35,918 nucleotides of DNA from Chiloscyllium plagiosum (taxonomy: Eukaryota). The notes beneath the pieces are model-generated. The model did no database searches. It had not been told where the DNA came from and saw only the letters and a program-made list of their open reading frames with translations. The stretch covers positions 79,788,514 to 79,824,431 of the forward strand of contig NC_057718.1 of NCBI RefSeq assembly GCF_004010195.1, written 5' to 3'. This document shows, in pieces, positions 11,007 to 21,332 of the stretch. Position 1 is the stretch's first letter. Every line of letters begins with the position of its first letter. Both the position numbers and the translations under genes were made by a program.

Positions 11007-12079
11007 GCATTGGTCCATTTCCTTCTTTATTTTTCTATTTTGGCCTTTCTTTTTAAATAAAAACGTTACATTGTATTGTGCCACTGCAGGCACCAATGTG
11101 AGAGTTACTTGTATTTCATTGCAAGAACTATATGTCACCACTCAGTATACACTTCAGATTCAATATTAATCACTTTTGGGTCAATGATTGGATTTTCTTG
11201 CCAATAGATAAAACAGCAAACAGAGGACATAAAAAGCAACTGGAAAAAAAAAATACTGAATCAGATGGGGTTACATGTCAAAGTACATGCTAGAAAACAA
11301 ACATATGAGTGAAATGAACGTTTAATTAGATATGGCAGCTGTATTCAACTAATGAGCATTTGGACATTTTTGCATACTTCTGGGATAACAGTGATCAACT
11401 GGAGTGAACTTTAGTAGGTATTTTTTCAAAGCTTAATTAAAATTTGATAAGCTCCCTTAGAAAGCATACATCAAACAGCTTAGAAAAAACTAGATTGATA
11501 ATCAAACAAATTCCTAACTAATGGTAGTGAAGTTGTATTGGGTTGATGTTGACTAATCCAGTCCGTGCCTTAAGTATCATGTTTTTGAAATCCCAATTCT
11601 AATTTACAATTTGTGTAATAATTCAAACACAACACTTTGAAATGCCCAAATTCCCAACTCTAATTACTCAGACGTTTTCACATCTCCAGTATTTATTTTG
11701 ATAGAGGAATTCCAAATATAATCCCAGACACATAGTTAGACTTTCAGAGGATCTTATGAGAAAAATACACAAACATTATTTAATATGTGAAGCAAATCAG
11801 AATTGCTTATCAAGGCTGAGTAAATGCTGAGATGTTTGAAAACTGAGGTTTAGGAAGTTGGATTTTAGCTACTATGATAGGCAGGTGAGGCAAATTTCCT
11901 GATTCACCAAATCTGCCTCAGTGTAAGGTACTCTGAAATGTATGATTTCTGTCAAGGGGGACTGGGGGTTAGAGCTCAGACAGGCTGGGTGCAGATAGTC
12001 TCAAGGTGGACAAGTGCCAAATTGGGCTGATTTAAAGGACTGCCTTGGTTCTCTGAGACCTTGTCCCAGTTGGTTTAGA

Positions 12080-12491
12080 AGTTGGATAGGCAAGGACTTC
12101 TTCTACTGGAGAATAGGAGAATGAGAGGTGACTTTACAGAGGTTTATAAAATAATGAGGGTTGTAGATAAGCTGAATGTCAGGAGTATTTTTCTCAAGGA
12201 TGGGGTTTTTTAAGACTGGGGCATATTTTTAAGGTGAAAGGAGGAAGATTTAAAAAAGACGTGGGGGCAATTTTTTTTATAGAGAATGATTCATGTGTGG
12301 GATGAACTTCCAGAGAAAGTGATGGATGCAGGTACAGTTACAATGTTTAAAAGACATTTAGATAAGTACGTGAATAAGAAATATTTGGTGGGATATGGGT
12401 CAAGTGAGACTAGTTTAGTTTGGGAACGTGGTCGGAGTGGACTGGTTGGGCCAAAGGATCTATTTCCATGCTGTATGCACTATGACTCTAT
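12080..12491 (+). mobile_element. CR1 LINE 3' end fragment
   Basis: RRMRGDFTEVYKIMR and VWDELPEKVMDAGTVTMFKRHLDKY motifs, with a ctatgactct tail. Confidence 0.9.
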
Positions 12492-12517
12492 AAGTTGTTT
12501 GTCTCTTTAACCTCATA

Positions 12518-13094
12518 TAGGTAGTTCTCCAATAATGCTGTATTCAGTGAAATCTCGCTGAATAGAAAATCGCTTAATAGAAATAATGGGGCCTATGGGA
12601 AGAATTGGGGTTGGAGCAGACAGCTAAAAATATTACACATGGCCACTCAAAAATCATCCAAAAGTCAAATGCTAAGTTTAGCACAGCCTGAATGAAGGTT
12701 GAAATCATGCGTATTAACAAAATGAAAGTAAATTTAATGCAGTACATTTAATAAATGTAAGAAAGCTGCTCTGTCGGCAACAGACATCGGTGCATGCACA
12801 GAGACTTCAGCGCAGGTATCGCACATGCACAGAATGGAATAGAGATTTCGGTGTGGACACTGGCATATGTGCAGAACACTACAAAGACCGGCACTGATGT
12901 TGCATGCGCAGAACGGTGCAGAGATTTTAACTCACACATCGGTGCACATGTAGAATGAAGCACACAAATTGATCCCCGCTGGAATCGCGCTATTGCCAAT
13001 GGAGGTAAGCCTTCTCCAAAATATCGTTCCCTAATTCTTCAGCGATGTTATAACCAAATCATGTCAATAAAACATGTTATTCCAGAACTACCTG
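12518..13094. mobile_element. Tigger/pogo-type (Tc1/mariner) non-autonomous DNA transposon (MITE), 577 bp
   Basis: TA at 12516-12517 and 13095-13096. The TIRs taggtagttctccaataa and (reverse complement) caggtagttctggaataa match at 15/18 positions. There is an internal ~40-bp tandem array. Confidence 0.85.
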
Positions 13095-13612
13095 TACCCC
13101 ATTCCTATAGTCATTCATAATATGCTGCCAACTCATGCCCCTCATTCATCTCATACTCCAGTTCCATAGCTGGTCACCCAGCAGTCACCATAGGCAGAAC
13201 CATAATGCAATGACAAAAAAAACTAACAATCTAAAGTACCTGCATCTCCGACATTGAGTCATAAAGTCATACAGCATGGAAACAGACCCTTCGGTCCAAC
13301 TTGTCCACGCCAACTAGATATCCCGATCTGACTTAGACCCATTTGCCAGAATTTGGTCCATATCCCTCTAAGCTCTTTGTATTCATATACCCATCCAGGT
13401 GTCGTTTAAATGTTGTAATTGTACTTGCCTCCACCACTTGCTTTGGCAGCTCGCTCGATACACACATAACCCGCTGCATGAGGAAGTTACCCTTCAGGTC
13501 TCTTTTAAAACTTCTCCTCTCATATTAAACCTATAGCCTCTAGTTTTAGACTTCCCCACTCTAGAAACAAAACCTTGGTTATTCACCCTATCCATGCCAG
13601 TTATGATTTTTA

Positions 13613-13975
13613 TCATAGAATCACAAAATTCCTCGAGTTTGGAAACAGACATCAATCCATCGAATCCACAGCAATCCCCTGAAGAACATCCCATCCAAAC
13701 CCATCCCCATCCCCTGCAATTCCATATTTCCCGTGGCTAACCCACCTAGTCTGCACATCCCTGAACACTATAAGCATTTTAGCATGGCCAGTCCACCCTA
13801 GCTGCACATCTTTGGACTATGAGAGGAAACCAGAGCACCCGGAGGAAACCCACATAGACATGGGACAAACGTGCAAACTCCACCACTCCCCAGATAGTCA
13901 CTCAAGGCTGGAATCGAACCTGGGTCCCTACCACTGTGAGGCAGCAGTACTAACCACTGAGTCACCATGCTGCAC
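13613..13975 (-). mobile_element. HE1-type SINE (older copy) nested in CR1
   Basis: Reverse-complement A box GGTGACTCAGTGGTTAG, B box GGTTCGATTCC, and V-domain (ORF-track peptide RKPEHPEETH). Confidence 0.9.
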
Positions 13976-13997
13976 TAAAGATGAATTTGCTTATTTT

Positions 13998-14138
13998 CAG
14001 GGTCATCATCCCTCAGGTGAGGGGAGAGGTTCAGAAGGACAATCTTATGTGGTAACCTTAGCCAGTGCTGGAATTGAAGCCCTGTTGTTCGACATTACTC
14101 TGCATCACAAACCAACCATTCAGCCAACTGAGCTAACT
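13998..14138 (-). mobile_element. Second SINE family, 5' half only
   Basis: The reverse complement begins GTTAGCTCAGTTGGCTG and aligns by eye to the head of 8612-8838, ending after the cctgagg...ccctg segment. Confidence 0.78.
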
Positions 14139-14942
14139 AAATCCCTAGGTTTACAGAGGTTTTAAACCTCTATAAAGTCATCCAGAGTCTCTGATGCTCC
14201 AGAGAAAAAAGTTAGAACCTATTCAGCCTCTCCTTATAAATCAACACTCTAGTCCCAGCAACATCCCTGTAAATTTTTTCTGCATCGACTCTAGCTTAAC
14301 ATCCCTTCTATAGAAAGGCAACCAGCATTTTATGCAATATTTTAAGTGTGGCTTCTCCAATGTCCTGTACAGCCGCAACATGACATCCTAACTCCTATAC
14401 TCAATGCTCTGACCAATGAAGGCAAGCATACCAAATGTCTTCTTCACCATCCTGTCCACTTGTGATTCCACTTTCCAGGAACTATGCATCCACACCCCTA
14501 GGTCTTAGTTCAGCAGCACTCCCCAAGGTCCTATCATTAACTATATAATTCCTGCCTTTGTTCGTCTTGCCAAAATGCAACATCTCACATTTATCTAAAT
14601 TAAATTCCATCTGTCACTCTTCAGCCCATTGGCCCATCTGATCAAGATTCCATTGTACTCTCAGAAAATCTTCACTGTCCACTACACCACCTATTTTGGT
14701 ATCATCATCAAACTTATTTTATTATGAAAATCATATGATTCATAAAATCTATTCAATACTTTTAAATCTCTAAGGTGGGTAATTTCTGATAGAGACAAAT
14801 TTGTATTCAATAACACATTAAATTATCACTTACCATTCCATTTATCTACAATAAAAGTTTGAACTCAAAGCCCCTTTGCTGAGATAAGTATAAGTTTTGC
14901 AATTCAGCCATAACAATATTAGTGCTAGCTTTGAGTAAAATA

Positions 14943-15165
14943 CAGGGAGACCCCTCTATCCGTGGAATTGTTTTCTGCGGTTTCAGTTACCCGCGACTTA
15001 CTGTGGCTGGAACACATTATAAGGAATGCCCTGGACCCAGGAACGAGGAGGCTGCTGGGAAGGTATATTTTCCATTTAAATTAATGGGTTTGCTCCTATC
15101 TGTGGTTTTGGGCTTCTGTGCTAAGTCCTGGAATGTATACCCTGCTGGTACGGGCGGGACTACTG
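14943..15165 (+). mobile_element. MER44/Tigger7-like MITE, 223 bp
   Basis: TA at 14941-14942 and 15166-15167. Imperfect TIRs cagggagacccctctatcc / (rc) cagtagtcccgcccgtacc. Subterminal ctgcggtttcagttacccgcg and ctggaatgtataccc...gggactactg match the recalled MER44 termini. Confidence 0.78.
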
Positions 15166-15409
15166 TATTACCAAATCAGAGATGCTACTTTTGCTTCTAA
15201 CCTGCACTTGGCAAACAAAACAGTCCAGACTTTGTTAAAATTCAGATATATCTCATCTCAGCTATTTAAATGCAGTAGGACTTCAGAAGTCTAACTCGTT
15301 TATGATACGGCTTATAATTTTAATCAAGGTTTGATTAAAAACTGTGAATTTATATATGGTGTCATATTTTGTTATAAAAGTGAAAATGAAAAATGAGATA
15401 TACTCTCTT

Positions 15410-15635
15410 AATGCTGAAAGGACAAACAAAGGGAAACTGTTTTGTTCGTTCCCATTTCTCCTTGTGTCTGCGCTTGCTGAATATCTATTACATCTGCAAC
15501 ATTTTCCAGTTCACTGAAAGGTTATCAACTTGAAACTTTAACTCTGATTCTCTCCCCATGGATATTATTGTCTGATCTACTGAGTGTCTCCAGCATTTTC
15601 TATTTTTATTTCAGAATTCCTGCTGCTGCTGTGGC
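15410..15635 (+). repeat. Direct duplication, copy 1 (226 bp)
   Basis: Near-identical to 17288-17532, with about five substitutions, one 1-bp indel and a CTG tract length difference. Includes an old Penelope-like end-fragment. Confidence 0.95.
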
Positions 15636-16477
15636 TGATGTATCCTTCCTAAAGTGCAATGCCCAGAACTGTACGTAGCGACTAAGGTGAGGTTTGACCG
15701 AAATTCTAAACAGCTGATAAATAACGTGCTCATTTTTGCATTATAGCACATCTGAAATAATTTGGCACAAACTGGCAGTAAATTTGCACTCTTGTATGGC
15801 TGGTATGGAAAATTTAAAAAGTAATATTTATTGTCACAAGCATTGCTGCTCTGAGGGTATAAGGCATGAATGCTCCAGGGGAATGAATATTTACTCTGCT
15901 ACTGGCTGGTGCTGCAGCTGATCTATGGGCCTAACGTGAGGAATGAAAGATAGAAGAGTGTTTCATTCCTTCAAATAAATACGCATGACCTTCAAGGGTA
16001 TGAATAAATTCTGTGATTTTGTTTTCTTTTAATTCTAAGTTTTAGGATTTCTTTCCCCTGTGCACTGCAAACAAGCTCATCAAACATAAGCATAATTTTG
16101 TTGTATCAGTCTTTTCCTAAAGTTAGTAAAATAATATATGAAGTTGAAGCTTCTCTCCTTGCACTTATCAGAACTGGGATGCATGAAATCAAACTTTGAA
16201 AGGGAACAGGTGTTCCAAACCAAATGAGTGCAAGACAAGATAGCTTTGACTTTGTCTCTCTTTCAGCAATGTATAAGTTTTGTGCTACTAAGTAATTATT
16301 AATACAGTTAATCCACAAATACCAGAGGCCATGAGGTTTTTTAAATTAAATCTGGTTAGGAAAGAACTAGAGTTCAGATAATACATGTAAAAATACCCCT
16401 CCAGCATAATCTCTATGCTATACTAATATTACAGCCTTATCCTGTCCTTGATTCATTTTTGTATATTTACAAAGCAG

Positions 16478-16528
16478 AGCATATTAAATTAAGAAAAGAC
16501 AAAGTCATACTGATGTGTGGCACTCGAG
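16478..16528 (+). CDS. Candidate symmetric (phase 1-1) mini-exon C ((E)HIKLRKDKVILMCGTR)
   Basis: T-rich tract with tandem acceptor aag/cag (16472-16477) and good donor GAG|gtatga. Length is 51 or 54 nt, and only one of three frames is open. Confidence 0.42.
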
Positions 16529-17287
16529 GTATGACTGTACATTACTGTAAATCCAGGCTGTGCTGAAAAATAAACATTTGAAGCATATTTGAGGCATTAA
16601 AGGAAATGACAGGATCAATGTTGGACGGCATTCCCTGCTACTAATGAAATCAAGTGGCCCCTTTCCAACTGAGCCATTATGTGGAAGAGCAAATAAACCA
16701 AGGGCAAATGAAAATCCTTGATCAATAATTAGATGTCTCTTCCAGTTTAGAGACTTGAGAACAAATTGACTGCATTATTTGGCAGGCGAGGTGGATCGAC
16801 GTTAATAGGGTCAACATTTGTTTGGATATTAAAAAAAGCTAATATCCAAAGGAAAGTAAATATGATTCCATGGAATTATTTGAGGCCAATCTGAACATTT
16901 GGAAGTGCTTCAGCAATGGTGTATAAGGACAACAGTGTAGCACCGCTGACCATTAGTAGTGCTGAACAGCTAACCAAGACTATATCTGATAAAAACATGC
17001 TGTAGCTCAAGACTAATCGTTGTGATTTGTGAGTTGTCGTTTGTGACTTTGAGTAAGCTGCTACTTCTTATTTCTGTTACATACTACTTCTCTAAGATTT
17101 ATCACAAAATGAAAAAAAAAACAATCCTGCCTCTACAGGAATAAATTATTCACTTTTCACAACAGAAATTCAATTACTATACCATAATATTTAATGATAG
17201 AATAGAAGAACAGATGCTGTGATAGGACAGTATGTTAGAGGTGATTAAGGAACGATCTAGAGTCGCCAATTGGGAACAGGTTCCCTC

Positions 17288-17532
17288 AATGCTGAAAGGA
17301 CAAACAAGGGGAAACTGTTTTGTTCGTTCCCATTTCTCCTTGTGTCTGCGTTTGCTGAATATCTATTACATCTGCAACATTTTCCAGTTCACTGAAAGGT
17401 TATCAACCCTGAAACTTTAACTCTGATTCTCTCCCCATGGATATTATTATCTGACCTACTGAGTGTCTCCAGCATTTTCTATTTTTATTTCAGAATTCCT
17501 GCTGCTGCTGCTGTTGCTGTTGCTGCTGTGGC
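17288..17532 (+). repeat. Direct duplication, copy 2 (245 bp)
   Basis: Near-identical to 15410-15635. Ends in 10 CTG/TTG triplets versus 4 in copy 1. Confidence 0.95.
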
Positions 17533-17934
17533 AAATCACTGTGAGAAAACACCTCAGTAATAAAGTTGACAACTTTTCACAAGTGTGTCATTGTGAGGAC
17601 AGTGTAGGGCCAGACTGAGTGCAAGCTTATGTCAGCTGTGGTGCTATAATTAGAAGGCATAGACTTTGGTCCAGATTTCCAATGACCAGATAGTCATTTC
17701 CACAGCACACATGACAGCTGTTCACAGGGATCCCACAGATTTCTGACATAACAGACTCTGAAGAAATTGCATGGGAATTTGCCGTTATTTATTGCGGCCA
17801 ATCCCCTTATGCCTTCATCTGTCTGAAAGTATTTATTGAAATCGGAGAATTCCAAGGTTTGCTATTAAGCAAATAGTTACAAAAAGTTAAACTATGAACT
17901 ATCTAATCTAACTCCTGAGTAATTATTTAACTGA

Positions 17935-18485
17935 TCCACCAACCAGCCACACACACCCTTGAATACACCTTCCCAGTCTCCAGATCCTTACTCGACACCT
18001 TGCTCTCCACCCCCATGACCAAATATTACCAGCTTTACCCCTGTTGTCGACACACCCCCCTACTTGAATGGCCTGACACAACCCCTCCTATCCAGTAGAC
18101 CCCGCCACCTCTGAGACCCAACTCCCATCCTCCCATCAGTGTCATGTCTAGGACCCAATACCCTTCCTGCCTGTGTACCAAATGCCGCCACTGTAGATCC
18201 TGACAGCCCCACAACCCCCGGGACCTATTATTCCTTCTTCCTCTGCTGGATCTGCTTCCCCATAGACTCATTATATCCTGATACCCCTGAATTACGCTAA
18301 ACACTGCATCACTTCTCTGGCCTTCTTATCACCTTGAGCTCTGGTATCCTACCCACCCAGTGCTCTACCGTCTAGGCACACTACCCACCTGCACTCCACT
18401 AAACTGACATGATACCCCAAACTCACCTGGTATACTACCCTTTCAGCACCTCAACATCATACTTACTTCTTGTACTTACCCGTTC
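17935..18485. repeat. C-rich low-complexity tract
   Basis: Strong C-over-G skew with recurring taccc/accc/cccc runs. Confidence 0.55.
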
Positions 18486-18607
18486 ATAGGAGCTGTGAAA
18501 TTCTGATTCCAGAGTTTTAAATCACAAAATACAGCAACTGACTGTTGGGGATATGGATGCATATTTATTTTTACTCATCTGTTCCGCATTATAAGTGACC
18601 CACCAGA

Positions 18608-20175
18608 ATAGAGTCATAGAGTCCACAGCATAGAGACAGGCCCTTTGGCCTAAACTGGTCCATACCGACCAAAATGTCCATCCAGTCTAAACCCATTTGC
18701 CTGCACTTGGCCCATACACGTTGAGTACTGGCAACATCCTAGTAAATTTCCTCTGCACTCTTTCCAGCTTAATAATATCTTTCCTATAACAAGGTGACCA
18801 AAACTGAACACAATACTCTAAGTGCGGCCTCACTAATGTCCTGTACAACTGCAACATAACTTCCAAACTTCTATACTCAATGACCTGACTGATGAGGGAT
18901 AGTGTGCCAAAAGCCTTCTTCACTGCCCTGTCTACCTGTGACTCCACTTTCAGAGAACCATGTATCTGAACTCCAAGGTCCCTCTGTTCCACTACAATTC
19001 TTAAGGCCCTAACATTCACTATGAAACTCCTACCTTAATTTGACTTTCCAAAATGCAAGACCTTACTTATCTGTATTAAACACTACTTGCCATTTCTCAG
19101 AGCACTTCCCCAGCTGATCAAGGTCCTGTTGCAATTTCTGATAAACTTCGTCAATGTCCACGGTACTGCATATTTTAGTGTTGTCTGCAAACTTACAAAT
19201 CATGTCTTGTATATTCTCATCCAAATCATTGATATAGACAATAAACAGCAATGGGCCCAGCACTGACCCCTGAGGCACACCACTAGCTCACAGGCCTCCA
19301 GTCCGACAAGCATCCTTCCCCTATTACCCTCTGCTTCCAACCATCAATCCAATTTGCCAGTACCCCCTGGATTCCATGTGATCTAACCTTTCAGAGCAGC
19401 CTACCATGTGGAACCTTATCAGAGGCCTTACTGAAATCCATAGAGACTATGTCTACTGCCATGCCCTTGTCAACCTTCCTGGTCACTTCATCAAAGATTC
19501 CTAACAAATTTGAGGCATGATCTCCCATGCACAAAGCCATATTGACTACTCCTAATCAAACCATGTTTTTCCAAATGCATGAATATCTTATCTCTCAGAA
19601 TTTTCTCAAGTAACTTACCTACCACAGAAATTAGGCTTACTGGTCTATAGTTCCCAGGGTTTTCTTTGCAGCCCTTCTTGAATAAGAGCACAACTTTCGC
19701 TACCCTCCAGTTGTCCAGAACCTCACCTGTGAATAGAATAAAATCCCTACAGAGTGGAAACAAGCCCTTTGGCCCAACAAGTCCACACGAACCTTCTGAA
19801 GAGTAACCCAACCAGACCCATTTTCCTAACCTATTATCTTATATTTATCCCTGACCAATGCGCCTAACCTATACTTCCCTGAACATGATGGGTGATTTAG
19901 CATGGCCAATTCACCTCACCTGCATATCTTTGCATTGTGGGAGGAAACCCACGCAGACACAGGGAGAATGTGCAAACTCCACACAGACAGTCGCCCGAGG
20001 CTGAATTCGAACCCAGGTCCCTGATGCTGTGAGGCAGCAATGCTAACCACAGAGCCACCATGGCTAAAGATGACGCAAAAATATCAGCCAGGGCACCTGC
20101 AATTACTTCTCAAGCCTCTTGCTGTGTTCCTGGTTATATCTGGTCAGGACCAGGAGATTTATCCACCTAGTATGG
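18608..20175 (-). mobile_element. 5'-truncated CR1 LINE (most of RT plus tail), interrupted by a SINE
   Basis: ORFs 19491-19811 (PGNYRPVSLISVVGKLLEKI...GFVHGRSCL), 19063-19278 (PQGSVLGPLLFIVYINDL...FADNTK) and 18687-19019 (LVRPHLEYCVQFWSP). A tagagtcatagagtc tail is present. Confidence 0.96.
19732..20062 (-). mobile_element. HE1-type SINE nested in CR1
   Basis: Head, B box GGTTCGAATTC and V-domain lie on the minus strand. The CR1 sequence cacctgtg/gctaaagatg rejoins across it. Confidence 0.92.
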
Positions 20176-20570
20176 TTCCATATTTCTGAAAAAGCGTTAA
20201 TTGGAATTTCCTGTCAGAAATGTGGATTATTTTCTCACAGTATAAAAGGAGTGGAGTGGCAATCTGTATATGATTCCAGCCTTTTGAGTGTTTACAAAAC
20301 TCCTGTGATAGAACTGCCATTGAAAATACAAGTCAATCTTTTCTACTTTAATGAAAATCCCATTCAGGTTTGTTAATTGATTCAATGAAAGTTTTGAACA
20401 TAAATCCACCCAATCCCTCTCCTCTCAAGAAACAAATTTCCAATGGCTAAGTCAATAAACAATAAATTACAAATAAATAATAAAGAAAGTGTAATATTGA
20501 TCTACACAGGCAAATAGGATTCTGGGCTCAATCCCATCCCAGAGCACAAAGGCCATGGTTATTGTCAAAG

Positions 20571-20584
20571 CTACCACCTAGTGG
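20571..20584 (-). promoter_or_regulatory. Candidate CTCF motif
   Basis: The minus strand reads CCACTAGGTGGTAG, one mismatch from the CCACYAGRKGGCAG core, in non-repeat sequence. This is a motif match only. Confidence 0.35.
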
Positions 20585-21087
20585 AGCAATGAGCTTGCAC
20601 ATACAGGAATTATACTATTACTGTCAGATTATGTCCTTGTTCACTCTTGCAAGTGTGCTGGTGGCCACATTAACTTCTGGATGGAGGTGGAGTTCAGCCC
20701 TGTCGCTTAGTCATGCCAATCGGTTCAAAGACCAGACATTCTGGTCTGACGATCTCAGGTCCTGCTCCCTTTTCCTACTGCCTGGAGCTGCAGTTAATTG
20801 CCCAAGCCCGACTGTGAGATCACTGGCATAGGCAAAGGGGCAGGCTTTACAAACTCCAAGTGCAGCCATAGGTTTGAATCTGAAATAACATATTAATCTC
20901 ATTATCTGCTACTTCTAGCTCTATCCTGACCACATCAGCAATAACCAAAATTCCCAGGAGACTCCAAGCAAGCACCATCCGCACTGACAATCCACAGCTG
21001 CAGACAGAATGGTTTCTGAGGCACAAATGATTATGGTTAATATTTTTTCAATTAGAGTCACTTCTCAGTCAATGTCTGTCTGAATCT

Positions 21088-21332
21088 TGGTTTGCACATT
21101 CTCCCTGTGGCTGTGTGGGTTTCCTCCGGGTGCTCCAATTCATCCCACAATTCAAAGATATGCAGGTTAGATGTATTGGCCGTGCTAAATTGCCCATAGT
21201 GTTCAGGAATGTTATGTGCATTAGTCAGGGGTGAATTAGTAGAGGAATGGGTCTGAGTGGGTTACTGTTCGGAGGGTCGGTGTGGACTTGTTGGGCTGAA
21301 GGGCCAGTTTCAAAACTGTAGGGATTCTATGA
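21088..21332 (+). mobile_element. HE1-type SINE, 5'-truncated
   Basis: Starts within the V-domain (tttgcacattctccc) and ends actgtagggattctatga. Confidence 0.9.

Larger units (their letters stand above)
13255..14716 (-). mobile_element. 5'-truncated CR1 LINE, interrupted at ~13613-14162
   Basis: gagtcataaagtcatacagcat tail and KTRGYRFNMRGE motif. After the insertion, LYRTL, KCEMLHFG and FDDDTKIG remnants continue. Confidence 0.92.

Noticed and set aside
17499..17528. CTG/TTG tract as polyglutamine (minus) or polyalanine/leucine coding
   Set aside because: It has only 10 triplets, no supported exon, and the preceding acceptor-like sequence belongs to a repeat relic.
15410..17532. The duplicated segments as the two LTRs of a retrotransposon
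   Set aside because: There are no consistent TG..CA ends, no TSD, and no PBS/PPT or pol remnants between them.
20241..20335. Exon-like segment, open on both + (IKGVEWQSVYDSSLL...) and - (FYHRSFVNTQKAG...) strands
   Set aside because: The + donor is weak, the - acceptor is mediocre, and neither peptide is recognisable, so it cannot be distinguished from chance.
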